From an uncultured bacterium (GTDB lineage: Bacteria; Atribacterota; Atribacteria; Atribacterales; Caldatribacteriaceae), in assembly GCA_937922705.1 (NCBI GenBank), contig CALAIW010000003.1:57408-121407 (forward strand): a DNA stretch of 64,000 nucleotides, written 5' to 3'. The notes below the pieces were generated by a model, which searched no databases, was not told the DNA's origin, and saw only the letters and a program-made list of their open reading frames with translations. This document shows, piece by piece, positions 63,386-64,000 of this stretch. The position numbers were made by a program, and so were the translations under genes. Numbering within the stretch: position 1 is the first letter of the stretch; the number at the start of each line of letters is the position of its first letter.

Positions 63386-64000
63386 ATCTCAATCCCTCCC
63401 CTCATAACTTTCATAAAAGCAATAATTACAAACATAATGATGGGCAAGATGAGAAAGGTTAGGGCGGAGGCATAAGAAAGGTTCCAATAGGTAAAGCCCT
63501 GGTTGAAAATGTAATAACTCACCACCTCAGTTGCTCCTCCGGGTCTCCCTTCTGTCAGGGCTCTTACTAATCCAAAGGTTCTGATGGCACCAGAGATTCT
63601 TAAAACTAAAGCCACCAGGATTACTGGCTTTAAAAGAGGAAGAGTAACTCTCCAAAGCATCTGTAAACCAGAAGCGCCATCTATTGTTGCTGCCTCAAGA
63701 ACGTCTTTTGGAAGGCTAATCAATCCTGCGTAGAGAATCATCATCATAAAGGGGATTGCTGCCCAGGAATCACCAATAACAATAGCGAAAAACGAACCAG
63801 CAGTGGTTCCTAACCAATCGATCTTTCTAAGTCCAAGAAGATCCAAGAAATAACTTACAGGCCCATACTGGTAACTTAAGATAAGATACCACATAATTCC
63901 AGCTCCAACATCCGGAATCATTGACCCAGCAATAAGAGGAACACAAAGCTTCTTCCCAATCTCTCCTAAACGGTTCAAGGCAAGCGCAATACCTAAACCT
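63382..64000 (-). CDS. Carbohydrate ABC transporter permease (MalF-like), C-terminal ~205 codons; gene runs off the right window edge
   Basis: The frame stays open upstream of the track start (63978 is an internal TTG). LSYQYGPVSYFLDLLGLRKIDWLG corresponds to about residue 100 of the paralogue at 12595-13476. EAA loop DVLEAATIDGASGLQMLWRVTLP. Confidence 0.8.
   Translation of the reverse strand, partial: GLGIALALNRLGEIGKKLCVPLIAGSMIPDVGAGIMWYLILSYQYGPVSYFLDLLGLRKIDWLGTTAGSFFAIVIGDSWAAIPFMMMILYAGLISLPKDVLEAATIDGASGLQMLWRVTLPLLKPVILVALVLRISGAIRTFGLVRALTEGRPGGATEVVSYYIFNQGFTYWNLSYASALTFLILPIIMFVIIAFMKVMRGGIEI

Noticed and set aside
1-64000. Search by eye for CRISPR arrays, tRNA/rRNA genes, IS elements, integrases, prophage or plasmid genes
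   Set aside because: I saw no spaced direct-repeat array, no transposase- or integrase-like translation and no long non-coding stretch. The largest gap is 284 nt, and two promoters account for most of it. A covariance-model scan (tRNAscan, Rfam) was not possible and would be needed for certainty.

Overview
Compact, almost fully coding segment with about 60 genes, many joined by 4-nt ATGA start/stop overlaps. The host looks like an anaerobic, probably thermophilic, sugar-fermenting bacterium: it has a class III ribonucleotide reductase and Glu/Lys/Arg-rich proteins. All four sugar-binding proteins carry signal peptides without a lipobox Cys, and an LptC-like gene is present, which hints at a diderm envelope. 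I cannot assign a taxon by eye. Left to right: (1) ccdA, an orphan ParB/Srx-domain gene and a P-type ATPase (minus strand). (2) An NrdR-controlled nrdR-nrdD-nrdG operon. (3) A minus-strand operon: RACo-like Fe-S/ASKHA protein, DUF1015, 3-hexulose-6-P synthase, 6-phospho-3-hexuloisomerase, DeoC. (4) rbsK and a SorC-regulated polyol-dehydrogenase/ABC cluster. (5) A DUF72-SDR-cyclase-G6PD operon. (6) CoA-disulfide-reductase/rhodanese with small membrane proteins, an MBL hydrolase and a THEP1 NTPase. (7) The conserved rpsU-yqeY-phoH-pgpH-ybeY/cdd-era-recO operon, extended by an HD-GYP gene. (8) A GntR-ADP-ribosylglycohydrolase fusion regulator heading an ABC/GH78 rhamnosidase operon that contains a permease remnant. 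(9) A 14-gene SorC-regulated operon for an unidentified rare sugar or polyol. (10) An ABC transporter, nucleoside-hydrolase-like, epimerase and DUF4038 (GH140-like) cluster that runs off the right edge. I saw no rRNA, tRNA, CRISPR array, transposase, integrase or phage genes. The best candidates for undescribed biology are the GntR-ARH one-component regulator, the RACo-like/DUF1015/HPS/PHI/DeoC operon, and the two linked orphan sugar clusters at 42-64 kb. All calls come from reading the supplied translations and the DNA by eye. No searches were run, and start codons I refined manually are flagged in the evidence fields.
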